A DNA stretch of 64,000 bases from Eledone cirrhosa (Eukaryota), in NCBI GenBank assembly GCA_964016885.1, contig OZ024747.1:5394001-5458000 (forward strand), read 5' to 3'. The stretch's first letter is position 1. Every line of letters starts with the position of its first letter. This document shows, piece by piece, positions 27,170 through 41,099 of this stretch. Both the position numbers and the translations under genes were made by a program. Under the pieces are notes generated by a model that was given only the letters and a program-made list of their open reading frames with translations, ran no database searches and was not told the origin of the DNA.

Positions 27170-27170
<1 letters not shown>
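26986..27170. mobile_element. Family C fold-back element in (TA)n
   Basis: Arms about 26985-27037 and 27046-27098 are reverse complements; a single-copy tail runs to ...TTCCTTCGTT(AT)n. Confidence 0.85.
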
Positions 27171-27227
<57 letters not shown>

Positions 27228-27789
27228 TCCTTACAGTCAGCTGTGTATTGTTTTCAAATGTCATTGTGCTTGTATCTGTTTACGGCTTCTTACGTGTGTA
27301 TGTATATATTCACAGATGTATGTGTGCGCATGTATATATGAGCATAAGCATGGCTTTTTATGTGTGTAATTCTCTCTTTCTCACTCTCACTTTCTCTCTC
27401 TCCCTCTCTCTTTCTCTCACATCGTCTATCTCGTTGCATTTATGTGTTAAGGAATGTGTGTGTATGTTTATGTATGTGTCCCCGAATCACTCATCATCTT
27501 AACATCACAAGTAGCTAAACCCACAATGGAAACAACAAATCCCTAATCCGTTAATCCTGACGGGATCTGAACGAATGCTAGAAAGAGGGGGGGGTAAGAA
27601 TATAAGGGAATAAAGAAAAAGGAAAACACACACACATATATATATACGTGTGTGAGTGTGTATTGCATGTGTGTATGTATATATGTATGTGTGTGTTTAT
27701 GTATGTATGCATGTAGGTATATATGTTTGTATGTGTGTGTATGTGTTTGTGTATGTATGAACGAATCTGTATGTATGTAATGTGTGTCT

Positions 27790-30429
27790 ACCACAACATC
27801 CACCCACCTGACCACAATATATACCACAACATCCACCCACCTGACCACAATATATACCACAACATCCACCCACCTGACCACAATATATACCACAACATCC
27901 ACCCACCTGACCACAATATATACCACAACATCCACCCACCTGACCACAATATATACCACAACATCCACCCACCTGACCACAATATATACCACAACATCCA
28001 CCCACCTGACCACAATATATACCACAACATCCACCCACCTGACCACAATATATACCACAACATCCACCCACCTGACCACAATATATACCACAGCATCCAC
28101 CCACCTGACCACAATATATACCACAGCATCCACCCACCTGACCACAATATATACCACAACATCCACCCACCTGACCACAATATATACCACAACATCCACC
28201 CACCTGACCACAATATATACCACAACATCCACCCACCTGACCACAATATATACCACAACATCCACCCACCTGACCACAATATATACCACAACATCCACCC
28301 ACCTGACCACAATATATACCACAACATCCACCCACCTGACCACAATATATACCACAGCATCCACCCACCTGACCACAATATATACCACAACATCCACCCA
28401 CCTGACCACAATATATACCACAACATCCACCCACCTGACCACAATATATACCACAACATCCACCCACCTGACCACAATATATACCACAACATCCACCCAC
28501 CTGACCACAATATATACCACAACATCCACCCACCTGACCACAATATATACCACAACATCCACCCACCTGACCACAATATATACCACAACATCCACCCACC
28601 TGACCACAATATATACCACAACATCCACCCACCTGACCACAATATATACCACAACATCCACCCACCTGACCACAATATATACCACAGCATCCACCCACCT
28701 GACCACAATATATACCACAACATCCACCCACCTGACCACAATATATACCACAACATCCACCCACCTGACCACAATATATACCACAACATCCACCCACCTG
28801 ACCACAATATATACCACAACATCCACCCACCTGACCACAATATATACCACAACATCCACCCACCTGACCACAATATATACCACAGCATCCACCCACCTGA
28901 CCACAATATATACCACAACATCCACCCACCTGACCACAATATATACCACAACATCCACCCACCTGACCACAATATATACCACAACATCCACCCACCTGAC
29001 CACAATATATACCACAGCATCCACCCACCTGACCACAATATATACCACAACATCCACCCACCTGACCACAATATATACCACAACATCCACCCACCTGACC
29101 ACAATATATACCACAACATCCACCCACCTGACCACAATATATACCACAACATCCACCCACCTGACCACAATATATACCACAACATCCACCCACCTGACCA
29201 CAATATATACCACAACATCCACCCACCTGACCACAATATATACCACAACATCCACCCACCTGACCACAATATATACCACAACATCCACCCACCTGACCAC
29301 AATATATACCACAACATCCACCCACCTGACCACAATATATACCACAACATCCACCCACCTGACCACAATATATACCACAGCATCCACCCACCTGACCACA
29401 ATATATACCACAGCATCCACCCACCTGACCACAATATATACCACAACATCCACCCACCTGACCACAATATATACCACAACATCCACCCACCTGACCACAA
29501 TATATACCACAACATCCACCCACCTGACCACAATATATACCACAACATCCACCCACCTGACCACAATATATACCACAACATCCACCCACCTGACCACAAT
29601 ATATACCACAGCATCCACCCACCTGACCACAATATATACCACAACATCCACCCACCTGACCACAATATATACCACAACATCCACCCACCTGACCACAATA
29701 TATACCACAACATCCACCCACCTGACCACAATATATACCACAGCATCCACCCACCTGACCACAATATATACCACAACATCCACCCACCTGACCACAATAT
29801 ATACCACAACATCCACCCACCTGACCACAATATATACCACAACATCCACCCACCTGACCACAATATATACCACAACATCCACCCACCTGACCACAATATA
29901 TACCACAACATCCACCCACCTGACCACAATATATACCACAACATCCACCCACCTGACCACAATATATACCACAACATCCACCCACCTGACCACAATATAT
30001 ACCACAACATCCACCCACCTGACCACAATATATACCACAACATCCACCCACCTGACCACAATATATACCACAACATCCACCCACCTGACCACAATATATA
30101 CCACAACATCCACCCACCTGACCACAATATATACCACAACATCCACCCACCTGACCACAATATATACCACAACATCCACCCACCTGACCACAATATATAC
30201 CACAACATCCACCCACCTGACCACAATATATACCACAGCATCCACCCACCTGACCACAATATATACCACAGCATCCACCCACCTGACCACAATATATACC
30301 ACAACATCCACCCACCTGACCACAATATATACCACAACATCCACCCACCTGACCACAATATATACCACAACATCCACCCACCTGACCACAATATATACCA
30401 CAACATCCACCCACCTGACCACAATATAT
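27790..30429. repeat. 33-bp minisatellite (ACCACAACATCCACCCACCTGACCACAATATAT) x80
   Basis: 2640 bp equals 80 units; the only variant is one A>G, present in 12 units. Confidence 0.98.
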
Positions 30430-30886
30430 ACAAGACTAACAACGTGACTATAAACTGTCGATAAATTTTATTATTCAGCCCCAGGTCATCCCTGACCAAA
30501 CAATCCTACTTTCAAAGCCATTACAGCGTAAAGGGTACTGACCCGTCCTTCTTATTAAGCCATAAATAAATCTAATGGTTTCTGATTTAGGCACAAGGCC
30601 AGCCAGCAATTTGAAGGGAAGGGGAAAGTCGATTAAATTTACTCCAGTGCATTACTGGTACTTTAATTTATCGTGCGGGATTTGGACACAGAACACAAAG
30701 GGCCGTAACTGGGTAAATGATAAAGAAAGTTTTAACGCCATATTGTACTTGAGAAAATTCTCGCATAATTTTACTGTTTCACTTCCAGATATTATTTTCA
30801 AAGTATATGTTAACTGGTCATTTTCCGTCCTTGAAAACCTGTCTTTTGGCGATTATTAATTAAAGTATTATTAGTATAGCTGAATG

Positions 30887-31163
30887 CAGGGCCGGAGTTA
30901 ATAAAGAGGGGTAAAGGGGGCAATTGCCCCATGCCTCCTGTAGTTTGGGGCCCCACCAGCGACGGCCGCAGCAATTTATTTTTGTCCCCAGCTGAGCTTT
31001 TTAAGCTTAGAATTTTTCTAATTTAATACCTGTATGTATAACTCTTGAATTCCAATTACTTGCACCAAGCTAACTTTGATACGTAAAATTGGAAGGTGTT
31101 GCTGCATATTCTGATTTTCTAAGCCGCTTGGCCCGCGGCTCCCAAGATCTACATTCAATCCTG
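30887..31163. mobile_element. hAT-type MITE
   Basis: CAGG...CCTG termini and a perfect 8-bp TSD GCTGAATG (30879-30886 and 31164-31171). Confidence 0.8.
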
Positions 31164-31459
31164 GCTGAATGCATTGATAATTAGAAATATATCAACAGGA
31201 TAGATGTACTATTATATATATCTAAGCATATATATGTATTCACTTTTTCACTGATTTTAAAAGAATATTCACATCAGAAAATTCTTTCGAAATGTTCTGT
31301 AACAAATATCTATATCCGACGTATATTTACACTTGTTGAAACTTTTAATAGGAATGATGTACCAATATTCCTTCTGTTGATATGTGTGTTTTCTATAAGA
31401 GAAATATTTTTTTTCTATTTAGCCTAGAGAAGACTTTCTTTTGTTTAACGTTTTAACAT

Positions 31460-31650
31460 CATACCGCGTTCCTGGGTTGTATGTTGATGGCATTTTCTGG
31501 ACAGCTGCTGATAACATGTGAAATACCGTCCATGGAAACGTGACATGATCGACATTTTCGGTCGCATCTTGGGAGTTGACGTGTTTCACTGACGCTTCTT
31601 AGCTCATTAGGTATTTTGTAGCTATCTCTTGTGCTTGCGTTGCAAAATCT
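31460..31650 (-). mobile_element. Decayed R4-like RLE retrotransposon fragment (CCHC knuckle)
   Basis: DRKCRSCHVSMDGISHVISSC resembles DNKCRLCKTKIEDVSHIVASC at 38 kb. Confidence 0.6.
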
Positions 31651-32662
31651 TAATTGTCGAAATGTACGTATGCATGTATACATGCATGTATACATGCATG
31701 TATGTGTTTGTGTGTGTGAGTATTCATGTATGTGTGTGCACATGCGTGTGTGGTGTGTGTGTGGGGGGAGGGGATGAGTGTTAAAATATGAACAATTCCT
31801 CTCCCCCCCATCAACAAAAAAAGAAAGACAAAGATGAGAAATGAAAGGGGTGGTGTATTGAGGTTTGAGAGGTGGTGGTGATAATGTTGATGAAAATATG
31901 GCAGAGATAGGGGAAGAGAAAGGACGAAAACTGATGCTTTTTTGACAGTGTGATGTCTCCTTATTTAACAAATTCACAGAATTCTGTCATCTCATCTAAA
32001 CAAAGAAGGAATATAGTGTCTTTCCTGTATGGAAGGCAACATTTAACACTCGTCACTGAGTGAAAGACCGCAGAGACGTATGGAAGAACATCTTAACAAC
32101 AACTGCAGAATCGGCACGAAACATGCAAAAAGCGGTTAGAACAACATGAACTACACCAACAACAACAATAACTACTGCTACAACAACATGACTAACAACA
32201 ACTACTACTACTACTGCTGCTACTACTACATGGCAGACAACAGTAACTACTACTACTACTACTACATCATGACCAACAACATCATGAATAAAAACATTAA
32301 CAAAAACAATATGAACAATGACATCAAAACAATATCAAATGCTACAACGTGACAAACATAAACAATAATAATTTAATAATAAAGGAGAATAAGAGAAACA
32401 ACTATAACACGACCATAACCATTAACATCTCAGGTACACCTTCGGCTTGAAAAACGAGTAGCAAAGTCGATGTTAATATACGTAAACTTCTATGGGTGAC
32501 CCTGAGCCAATCCTCTGCGAAACGCGAGTAACAGGTCGATACACAATACAAATCTAAATACATGTGAACGAAACTTTATCGTTCTTATCAATATATAATA
32601 TATACACTGTCTGTTCATAGTGCTTGTTTTGGTACTACCACAAGTAATTCTCTGAATCACCT

Positions 32663-32702
<40 letters not shown>

Positions 32703-32803
32703 TATAAAAAGGAATAATAGATACAATATACCTACTTTTTTCCTTAGTCCCGACTGTACAGTTTCGCTGGTCACTATGCAAAAATGTTATATCATAGATA
32801 TGT

Positions 32804-32867
<64 letters not shown>

Positions 32868-32917
32868 GGTCGTTTGGCAGACTAATAAGGCCATGTTCAA
32901 CAAAGTATTTGATACTT

Positions 32918-33041
32918 GGGAAAGTAGAGTATGTATAGAGAGAGGTTAGTGCCCGTCGGCTGAGCTCACGGTGTTTTAAATGTAATCCACTCGTCGTTGA
33001 GACGGCGTGAGTTCAGCCGACGGGCACTAGTAGTTTTCACT
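32918..33041. mobile_element. Diverged family C-like fold-back
   Basis: TAGTGCCCGTCGGCTGAGCTCACG...CGTGAGTTCAGCCGACGGGCACTA. Confidence 0.6.
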
Positions 33042-33055
33042 ATATATATATATAT

Positions 33056-33231
33056 AATTGTGTCTACTTTTGGCACAAAGCCAGCAATTACCCAGTTTAT
33101 TACTGGTACCTTATTTTATCGACCCCGTAAGGATGAAAGGCAAAGTTAACCTTGGCGGGATTTGAACTCAAAATGGCAAGGGCCGTAACTCTATACGTCA
33201 AAGCATGGTGTCCGATACTGCCAATCCACCG

Positions 33232-33232
<1 letters not shown>
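33056..33232 (-). mobile_element. SINE family 1
   Basis: A and B boxes plus central domain. Confidence 0.85.
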
Positions 33233-33294
<62 letters not shown>

Positions 33295-33386
33295 GGTATT
33301 GCATTGCCTGAAAAATAACACTAGCAGATATAGCTTTTCCTTGACCTATGCCAGAGTGTCTTTGAAACCTTAGGTAGCATGCAACT

Positions 33387-33437
<51 letters not shown>

Positions 33438-33538
33438 AACACATAGATATTTAATCAGTAACAAGACACATACGTAACTCTAGAGTAAATATCATAATTG
33501 GTTTAGTGGTGTATTTTTTCAACAAATTGCTCAACAAA

Positions 33539-33572
<34 letters not shown>

Positions 33573-33613
33573 ATGATATATATAAATCTCTCTCTATATA
33601 TATTTATATATAT

Positions 33614-33685
<72 letters not shown>

Positions 33686-33929
33686 TTTCACTTGTTTGGC
33701 ACAGCGATATTAAAACTATACACGAAAGGGTTGAACAGAGACAGTGAAATTCTGATACACAATAAAGAATATACGTGTTGTACTTTCTATACACGCATGT
33801 GAGTGTACGGGCGTGTATAGACACACAAATATATATTAGCATACCCATTTATTAGTTCTCCTTTGCGAAAGTTACACCATATCGAATTCTATGTACTCGC
33901 ATATATATATATATATATATACACGCACG

Positions 33930-33973
<44 letters not shown>

Positions 33974-33979
33974 TGCGTG

Positions 33980-34011
<32 letters not shown>

Positions 34012-34117
34012 TACATATATATGTATATTTATACTGTTGTGTATGTATACTGTGTTTCTATGTGTGTGTATGATACGAGAAAAAAAAGGAAAAATAGATT
34101 TAAATGTTTTCTACCCG

Positions 34118-35065
34118 CCACAACACTACCAGCACCACCTCCACAACACCACCTCCACAACACTACCATCACCACCACCACCACCACCACAATACCACCT
34201 CCACAACACTACCATCACCACCACCACCACAATACCACCTCCACAACACCACCTCCACAACACTACCATCACCACCACCACCACAATACCACCTCCACAA
34301 CACTACCAGCACCACCACCACAACACCACCATTACAACACCACCATCACTAACACCACAACATCACCATCTTCACAACGCCACAATACCACCACTCGCTC
34401 CACCACCACAATACCAACACCACCACCAACACCACTGCCATCACTAACACCACAACACCACCACCTCCACCACCACCACTGCCATCACTAACACGACAAC
34501 ATCACCATCATCACAACACCACAATACCACCACTCGCTCCACCACCACAACCAACACCACAACACCACCACCAACACCAACACCACAACACCACCACAAC
34601 ACCACCACCTCCACCACCACCACTGCCATCACTAACACGACAACATCACCATCATCACAACCCAACAATACCACCACTCGCTCCACCACCACAACCAACA
34701 CCACAACACCACCACCAACACCACCACCAACACCACTGCCATCACTAACACCACAACACCACCACCTCCACTACCACCACTGCCATCACTAACACCACAA
34801 CACCACCACCAACACCACTGCCATCACTAACACCACAACACCACCACCTCCACTACCACCACTGCCATCACTAACACCACAACATCACCATCATCACAAC
34901 ACCACAACACCACCACCAACACCACTGCCATCACTAACACCACATCACCATCATCACAACACCACAATACCACCACAACACCACCACCACCACACTCCAA
35001 GATATCCCACCTCTTCTATCCACCTCCCACTGCCACTACTGCTACCTACTCCTACCACTACCACA
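34118..35065. repeat. CAC/CAA-rich complex repeat with higher-order duplications
   Basis: Recurrent CACTGCCATCACTAACACCACAAC units. Confidence 0.9.
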
Positions 35066-35386
35066 CACCTTCCTCTTCCAAGGAAACGTCGGAAGTGAAA
35101 TTCCACAGTAAATTGCTTGATGGATTCTCAAACATCACGATAGAGCGCCAAGTATGTGTGTGAGTGTGTGTACCTGTATATGTGAGTGTGTGTGTGTGTG
35201 TGCCTGTATGTGTGTGTGAGTGTGTGTGTGTGCCTGTGTGTGTAAGTGTGTGTGTGTGTATTGCGGGTTTGTAGTGTATGTATGGTGTAGTGTGTAACTA
35301 TGTGTGTGTGTTCGTTAATGTTTATGTCAATGGTATGTGTCATTGCGTGAGTAAAATTCACACACGCACACGCACACACACACACG

Positions 35387-35443
<57 letters not shown>

Positions 35444-36001
35444 GTGTGTGTGAATTTTACTCACGCAATGACACACATATATATATATATATATATATAC
35501 CTACAGAGATAAGAGAGAGAGAGAGAGAGAGAGAGGTGTGTTATGTGTGTGTTGCTGCTTGTGTCTGTAGGGCTGTGTGAGATCTCTATCGATACCTTGC
35601 GGTGTTTATACCAGTACCTCACGTACTGTTGCTACAGTAAATATAGCAACACTTTCGAACCAAAACATGAGAGAATTTGACTTCTGAAAGAACCAATGGA
35701 ACTCCATACTCCATACATTACAGAAGATTCCGATATCTGGAACAAGAGAAATATGCAAGACTGTCTTAACATTTCAGAGATGAGATATTCTGCATCTCTT
35801 AACCATCGACAAGATCTCGGGTCTCATTCGTTTACCAATTGGAGTGGATCTCGGGAAATTTGACCAAGGACACAATGTTTCCATTGATCTTTACATTGTT
35901 GGTTCCATCTCTCGGTAGCGACTCCTGGCGGAAAGAGAAACGGGAACTAAAGTGTCTTAACTCAAGGACATAACGCTTCGTTATGACCTTGAGTTAAGAC
36001 A

Positions 36002-36044
<43 letters not shown>

Positions 36045-37116
36045 TGTGTGTGTGTGACTATGTATGCTTATGTATAAGTGTGTGTGTGATATATATATGT
36101 GTGTGCATATATATGACTCTGTGTGTGTGTGTGTGTGAGTGTGTGACTGTACATATATATGGCCGTGTGTGTGTGTGTGTGACTGTGTGCATATATATGA
36201 CTGTGTGTGTGTGCATATATGACTGTGTGTGTGTGTGTGTGACTGTGCATATATGACTGTGTGTGTGTGTGTGACTGTGTGCATATATGACTGTGTGTGT
36301 GTGTGTGCAGTTTGGTAAGAGCAGAAATAAGAGAGAGAAAGGGAAGGAATAACAGAGAGGGGGAGTAGGTTGAAGGTAAGAGTGTGTCCATGTAAGAGAG
36401 AAAGGAAGGGGGTTGGGAGTTTGTGTGTGAGGGGGCTATTTCATGTGTGTGTGAGGGGTCTATTTCATGTGTGTGTATGTGTGTAATTGGATGTTCTAGA
36501 GTATGTGTGTAGAAGAGAGAGAGCGGGGGGTGGGATTAAGATCGACAGGAGTGTGAAAGAGAGGGTGAAAGAGAGAGACGGACACTCATTAATTCTGTCT
36601 CATAATATCTCTCTCACACTCACTCTCACTCTCTCACACTCACTCTCACACTCACTCTCTCACTCTCACACTCACTCTCACACTCACTCTCTCATACTCA
36701 CTCTCACACTCTCTCTCACACTCACTCTCTCATTCCCTCTCTCACACTCACTCTCTCATTCCCTCTCTCACACTCACTCTCTCATTCCCTCTCTCATACT
36801 CACTCTCACACTCACTCTCTCGCACACTCTCTCTCTCTCATTCCCTCTCTCACACACACTCTCTCTCTATCATCCACACACTCGCTCTCAACCATTCACT
36901 CTCTCTTTCACTCACTCTCTCTAGATTCAATGTCTCTCTTTGCTGAAACATGCGCAAATTCACACAGTTCCTGAAGGTTCTTCATACATACATACATACA
37001 TACATATATACATATATACATATATACATATATATATACATACATACATATATACATATATACATACATACATACATACAAACATATATACATTCATATA
37101 TACATACAAACATATA

Positions 37117-37727
37117 TAGTGGCTGCCAACTCGTTTTCGAGTACGGCCACTACTTTATATCCATGTAGGAGAACTCCTACTGATGCGCTGAACGAGTGTG
37201 ACTTTTTAGTCCAGCCAGCGACTTGAAAACTCTGGTACAAACACTACTCTTGTGACAATTATTGACACATAGTGCTGGGCCCATGGTACCATGTAACGAC
37301 AAGTGCAGAGAGATCTCCAGATATAAAGCAATGCCTGTGCCGTGAAGCTTTTATAGTGGGGCAAAGGCATTGCACAAAGCCAGTCCTACTCTCTTAATCA
37401 AGATGATATTTACAAAAAAGAAGAACAAGTCAACATCATTGGACACCATCAGGGTTGCAGGTGTTATATCAGAGTTTTCCTTCTCCTAGAATTCTGCCTT
37501 GACAAAGGCTAAGGGGTCATCTCTCCCGGTGATTTTGGATGGCCATTGACTCTTAAGAGCTCCTTTGCCCTTTGACAGGTTTTGTTTTTAGTCCTGCAGG
37601 ATGTCCAAAGTCACCCTCCTCACCAAGAAACCTTGGTGGGGTTGCCAGTTTAGTCGCCAACGACCCGACCAGGAGACAGGTTGTACTGGGATACATGTTA
37701 CCACTAGCACCAACTCGTGACCTGACA
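37117..37727 (-). mobile_element. Internally deleted (bipartite) RTE-type element: 5'UTR fused to 3' end
   Basis: RTE 5'UTR-like CTAGGAGAAGGAAAACTCTG. The 3' part encodes [21 protein letters not shown], an RTE C-terminal C2H2-like motif. Flanked by ACAAACATA on both sides. Confidence 0.65.
37645..37722 (-). ncRNA. Candidate HDV-like ribozyme at the RTE 5' end
   Basis: P1 GGTCACGAG/CTCCTGGTC (8/9 pairs including GU), P2 CCAGT/ACTGG, GG, P4 TCG-TTGG-CGA, J4/2 CTAA; P3/L3 is non-canonical. Confidence 0.5.
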
Positions 37728-37792
37728 AACATACATACATACATACATACATACATACATACATACATACATACATACATACATACATACAT

Positions 37793-38634
37793 AAAAATTG
37801 ACCAATTTACAGAAAAAGTTGTGCATGGATACTTGAGACGTAAAATACAGACCATAGAGGGGATAAACCACTCAAAAAGCCTGGCATGGAGTTCCGACAA
37901 GTTTATGACATCACACCTTGAAGGATATCTCTATGCAATACGGGAACAAGAACTCCCTACCAAATATCTGCTGCACAAAAGGGGAGGGCCATCAGCTGAC
38001 AATAAATGTAGGCTATGTAAAACAAAGATCGAGGATGTAAGCCACATTGTTGCCAGCTGCGAAAGAATGTCATCTCGCTACTACCTCCCCATGAGACACG
38101 ATGGGATAGCTAGAACCATCTGGAACGCACTTCGGAAAACAAAATTAACAACAAACGAGGAAGAATATATTGAGACAGATGGCACTAAGGAATACTGGTG
38201 GAACCTGAAAATAAAAACTGCCACCAAATTAAAGCAGAACCGGCCTGATATTGTTGTATGGAACCAAACATTGAAAACGTGCTCTGTTGTGGAGATCAGC
38301 TGCCCACTTGATGTAAACGTTATCAGAAAAATACAGGAGAAGGAGGACATCTACGGACCATTGATGAGGAGTTTGCAGATCCAGTATCCAAGATACACCT
38401 TTAGCTTCATACCCATCATTATTGGAGCCACGGGTTATATACCAACCCGCTTGGACCCAAGTATGATTGAACTTGGATTTGCAGACAAAGGGCGCAGCTC
38501 CCTAATTCATAGTCTACAAATGGCTGCGATAGCTGGCACCTTCAAAATTTGCAAAACATTCTTGCGATTCAAGGGATGACAATTTCTTTTCTTTTACAAC
38601 CAAAAAAATATACTCGAAATTAAGAGAAAGAGAT
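37793..38634 (+). mobile_element. 5'-truncated R4/Dong-like RLE non-LTR retrotransposon inserted in (TACA)n
   Basis: Intact frame to the stop at 38579: AIREQELPT, CRLC..HIVASC, RHD, RPDIVVW..VVEISCP..KEDIY. (ATAC)n lies on both sides. Confidence 0.88.
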
Positions 38635-38643
38635 ATACATACA

Positions 38644-38675
<32 letters not shown>

Positions 38676-38957
38676 GTTGCTCACAAAATCGCGCAGTGTA
38701 TATATACACATGCATTGACAAGCACGCGCATCACGTGAATTCATTCACAGCAAGAAAAATACACATACACACACACACACACACATGTATATATACATAT
38801 ATATATACATATACACACACAATACATAGATATGCATATTTACATATATACACGCATATATACTCTCGATTATATATATATATATATAACCGAGAGTATA
38901 TATATATATAATTCTTTCTCTGGGGATATATATATACATATATATAATTCTTTCTCT

Positions 38958-38989
<32 letters not shown>

Positions 38990-38994
<5 letters not shown>

Positions 38995-39188
38995 GAAAAA
39001 GTATGACCCTGACGGCAGAGCTCAAGCCGTTTCGATGGCTATTTCTGGAGTCCAGAAATAGCCGTCGAAACGGCTTGAGCTCTGCCGTCGGGGTCATACT
39101 TTTTCCTATTTCCACTCTACTACCCTAAGTATTGAGTACTCTGGTGCGTTATGGTCCATCTGGTTCCTTACCACACTTCCTTTGTTTT
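38990..39188. mobile_element. Family C fold-back element in (TA)n
   Basis: ATAGGAAAAAGTATGACCC...TTCTGGA G TCCAGAA...GGGTCATACTTTTTCCTAT. Confidence 0.85.
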
Positions 39189-39309
39189 ATATATATATAT
39201 ATAATATATATATATTATTATATATATAATTCTTTCACTGTATATATATATATATATATATATATTCTTTCTTTGGATATGTGTATATATATTATATATA
39301 TAATTATAT

Positions 39310-39386
<77 letters not shown>

Positions 39387-39658
39387 GACCCCCAAACCAA
39401 CTAATTCTTCCTGCCTATCTGTCTCGCCACTATGTCGACAAATGTTCTTCTAATCAGTATTTAACATTCCTTACGTCAAAACCAAAACCAGAATAACAAT
39501 TCTTGCAATGCTCCTTCTCTGTCCTCTCATAACCCCCCCCCCCTATTATCTATCTCTCTCTATCTATCATCTTCTCTATCTCTTTATATCTCAATCTCCC
39601 TCTATCGTTTTCTTTCTCTCTCTCTATGTCTTTTTTTCCATCTCTCTCTCTTTATCTG

Positions 39659-39697
<39 letters not shown>

Positions 39698-39721
39698 ATC
39701 TCTCTCTCTCTCTCTCTCTCT

Positions 39722-39778
<57 letters not shown>

Positions 39779-39837
39779 CATCTCTGTCCACTTCCCTCAA
39801 TATATGTCTACCTATATTTCTTTCTTTCTCTCTCTCA

Positions 39838-39888
<51 letters not shown>

Positions 39889-41099
39889 CACATACATACA
39901 TACATACGTGTGTGTGTGTGTGTGTGTGTGTATGTCACTCTCTCCATCACTATCAAGCCCCCCTCTCTATTTTCTCTAGGATTATCTCCCTGTCCCAATC
40001 TCACACACTTAGATATCAATAAAATCTAGGCGCGAACGAAGCCGGCCGGATGTGCTTGCTCCAATGTTCCCTCCCACACGTCCAACATAAAGATACTTCT
40101 TCCGTCCAAGAGTTATTCCATGAAAGGCAGGAGGTCCATTGCCTGGCAATATGATATGTTGGTATTACTTCTGATATCCATTATCACACGAAGAACGTCT
40201 GAAGAAGGAGAAGTCAAAAGAACTAGCCAAGAAGGCACCGAAATGTCACATGAGATAAATTGGATATATATGTAATCGTGTGTGTATGTGTGTATGCGTG
40301 TGTGTGTGTGTGTGTGTGTGTGTTCGTGTGTGTGTATGTGTTCGTGTGTGCGTGTATGCGTGCGTGTGTGTGTGTGTATATTTGTATCCCTCTCAATCTA
40401 TATATATGTGTGTGTGTGTATGTGTGTGTGTGTGTGTGTATTTATATCTCTCTCAATCTCTGGATATATATATATATATATATATACATATATCTATATA
40501 TCTATATATGTGTGTGTGTGTGTGTTTGTGTGTGGTATAAACACAAGCGTATTTATACACGTGCACGCGCGCGTACACATACATTGCTGACCTTGCCCTA
40601 TATATATACACTATATATATACACTGTATATATGAGTGTATAGAGATGGCCTATATATATATATATATACACTGTATATATGAGTGTATAGAGAGAAGAC
40701 TAAAAATATATATTTATGTATACATAAAACAAGATAAAATAACTGACTATAAGAAGAGAGTTAAGTGATTATTATGATTTTATAGACAGTAACTTCGAAG
40801 TCTCCCCTTTTATATGGTTTACTCAAATTTCAAAATGAGTAGAGGAGTGGATGCTGGACGCTACAGATCTTCAGTAACATACTGCTGTATGGGGGAGAGG
40901 GGAGGGGTTAGAATAGAAGAAGATAATTTTGATGGACGGTGGTCAGTATTTTGTTTTAGAGAGGAAATGTACAAGGAGTAGAAGGAGGAGCATCTTGAGA
41001 TAAAGTTTAGTATTAACAGTTCAGTTATAGGGAGGTAGGAGGGGATTTAAAGTGTAAGGGTATATGTCGAAGTATAAAAGTACCAACCTATATATATAT

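Noticed and set aside
27543-30499. ~900-aa ORFs (mucin-like TTTSTHLTTIY, keratin-associated-like GGCCGIYCGQV)
   Set aside because: Products of a 33-bp tandem repeat that is open in five frames; no unique domain, signal peptide or splice context.
32746-32800. GAAA-ctgtacag-TC hammerhead half (minus strand)
   Set aside because: No intact CUGANGA box upstream.
37572-38579. 335-aa ORF as a single gene
   Set aside because: Chimeric read-through of an antisense RTE 5'UTR, (TACA)n and an R4-like fragment; only about 37793-38579 is real coding remnant.
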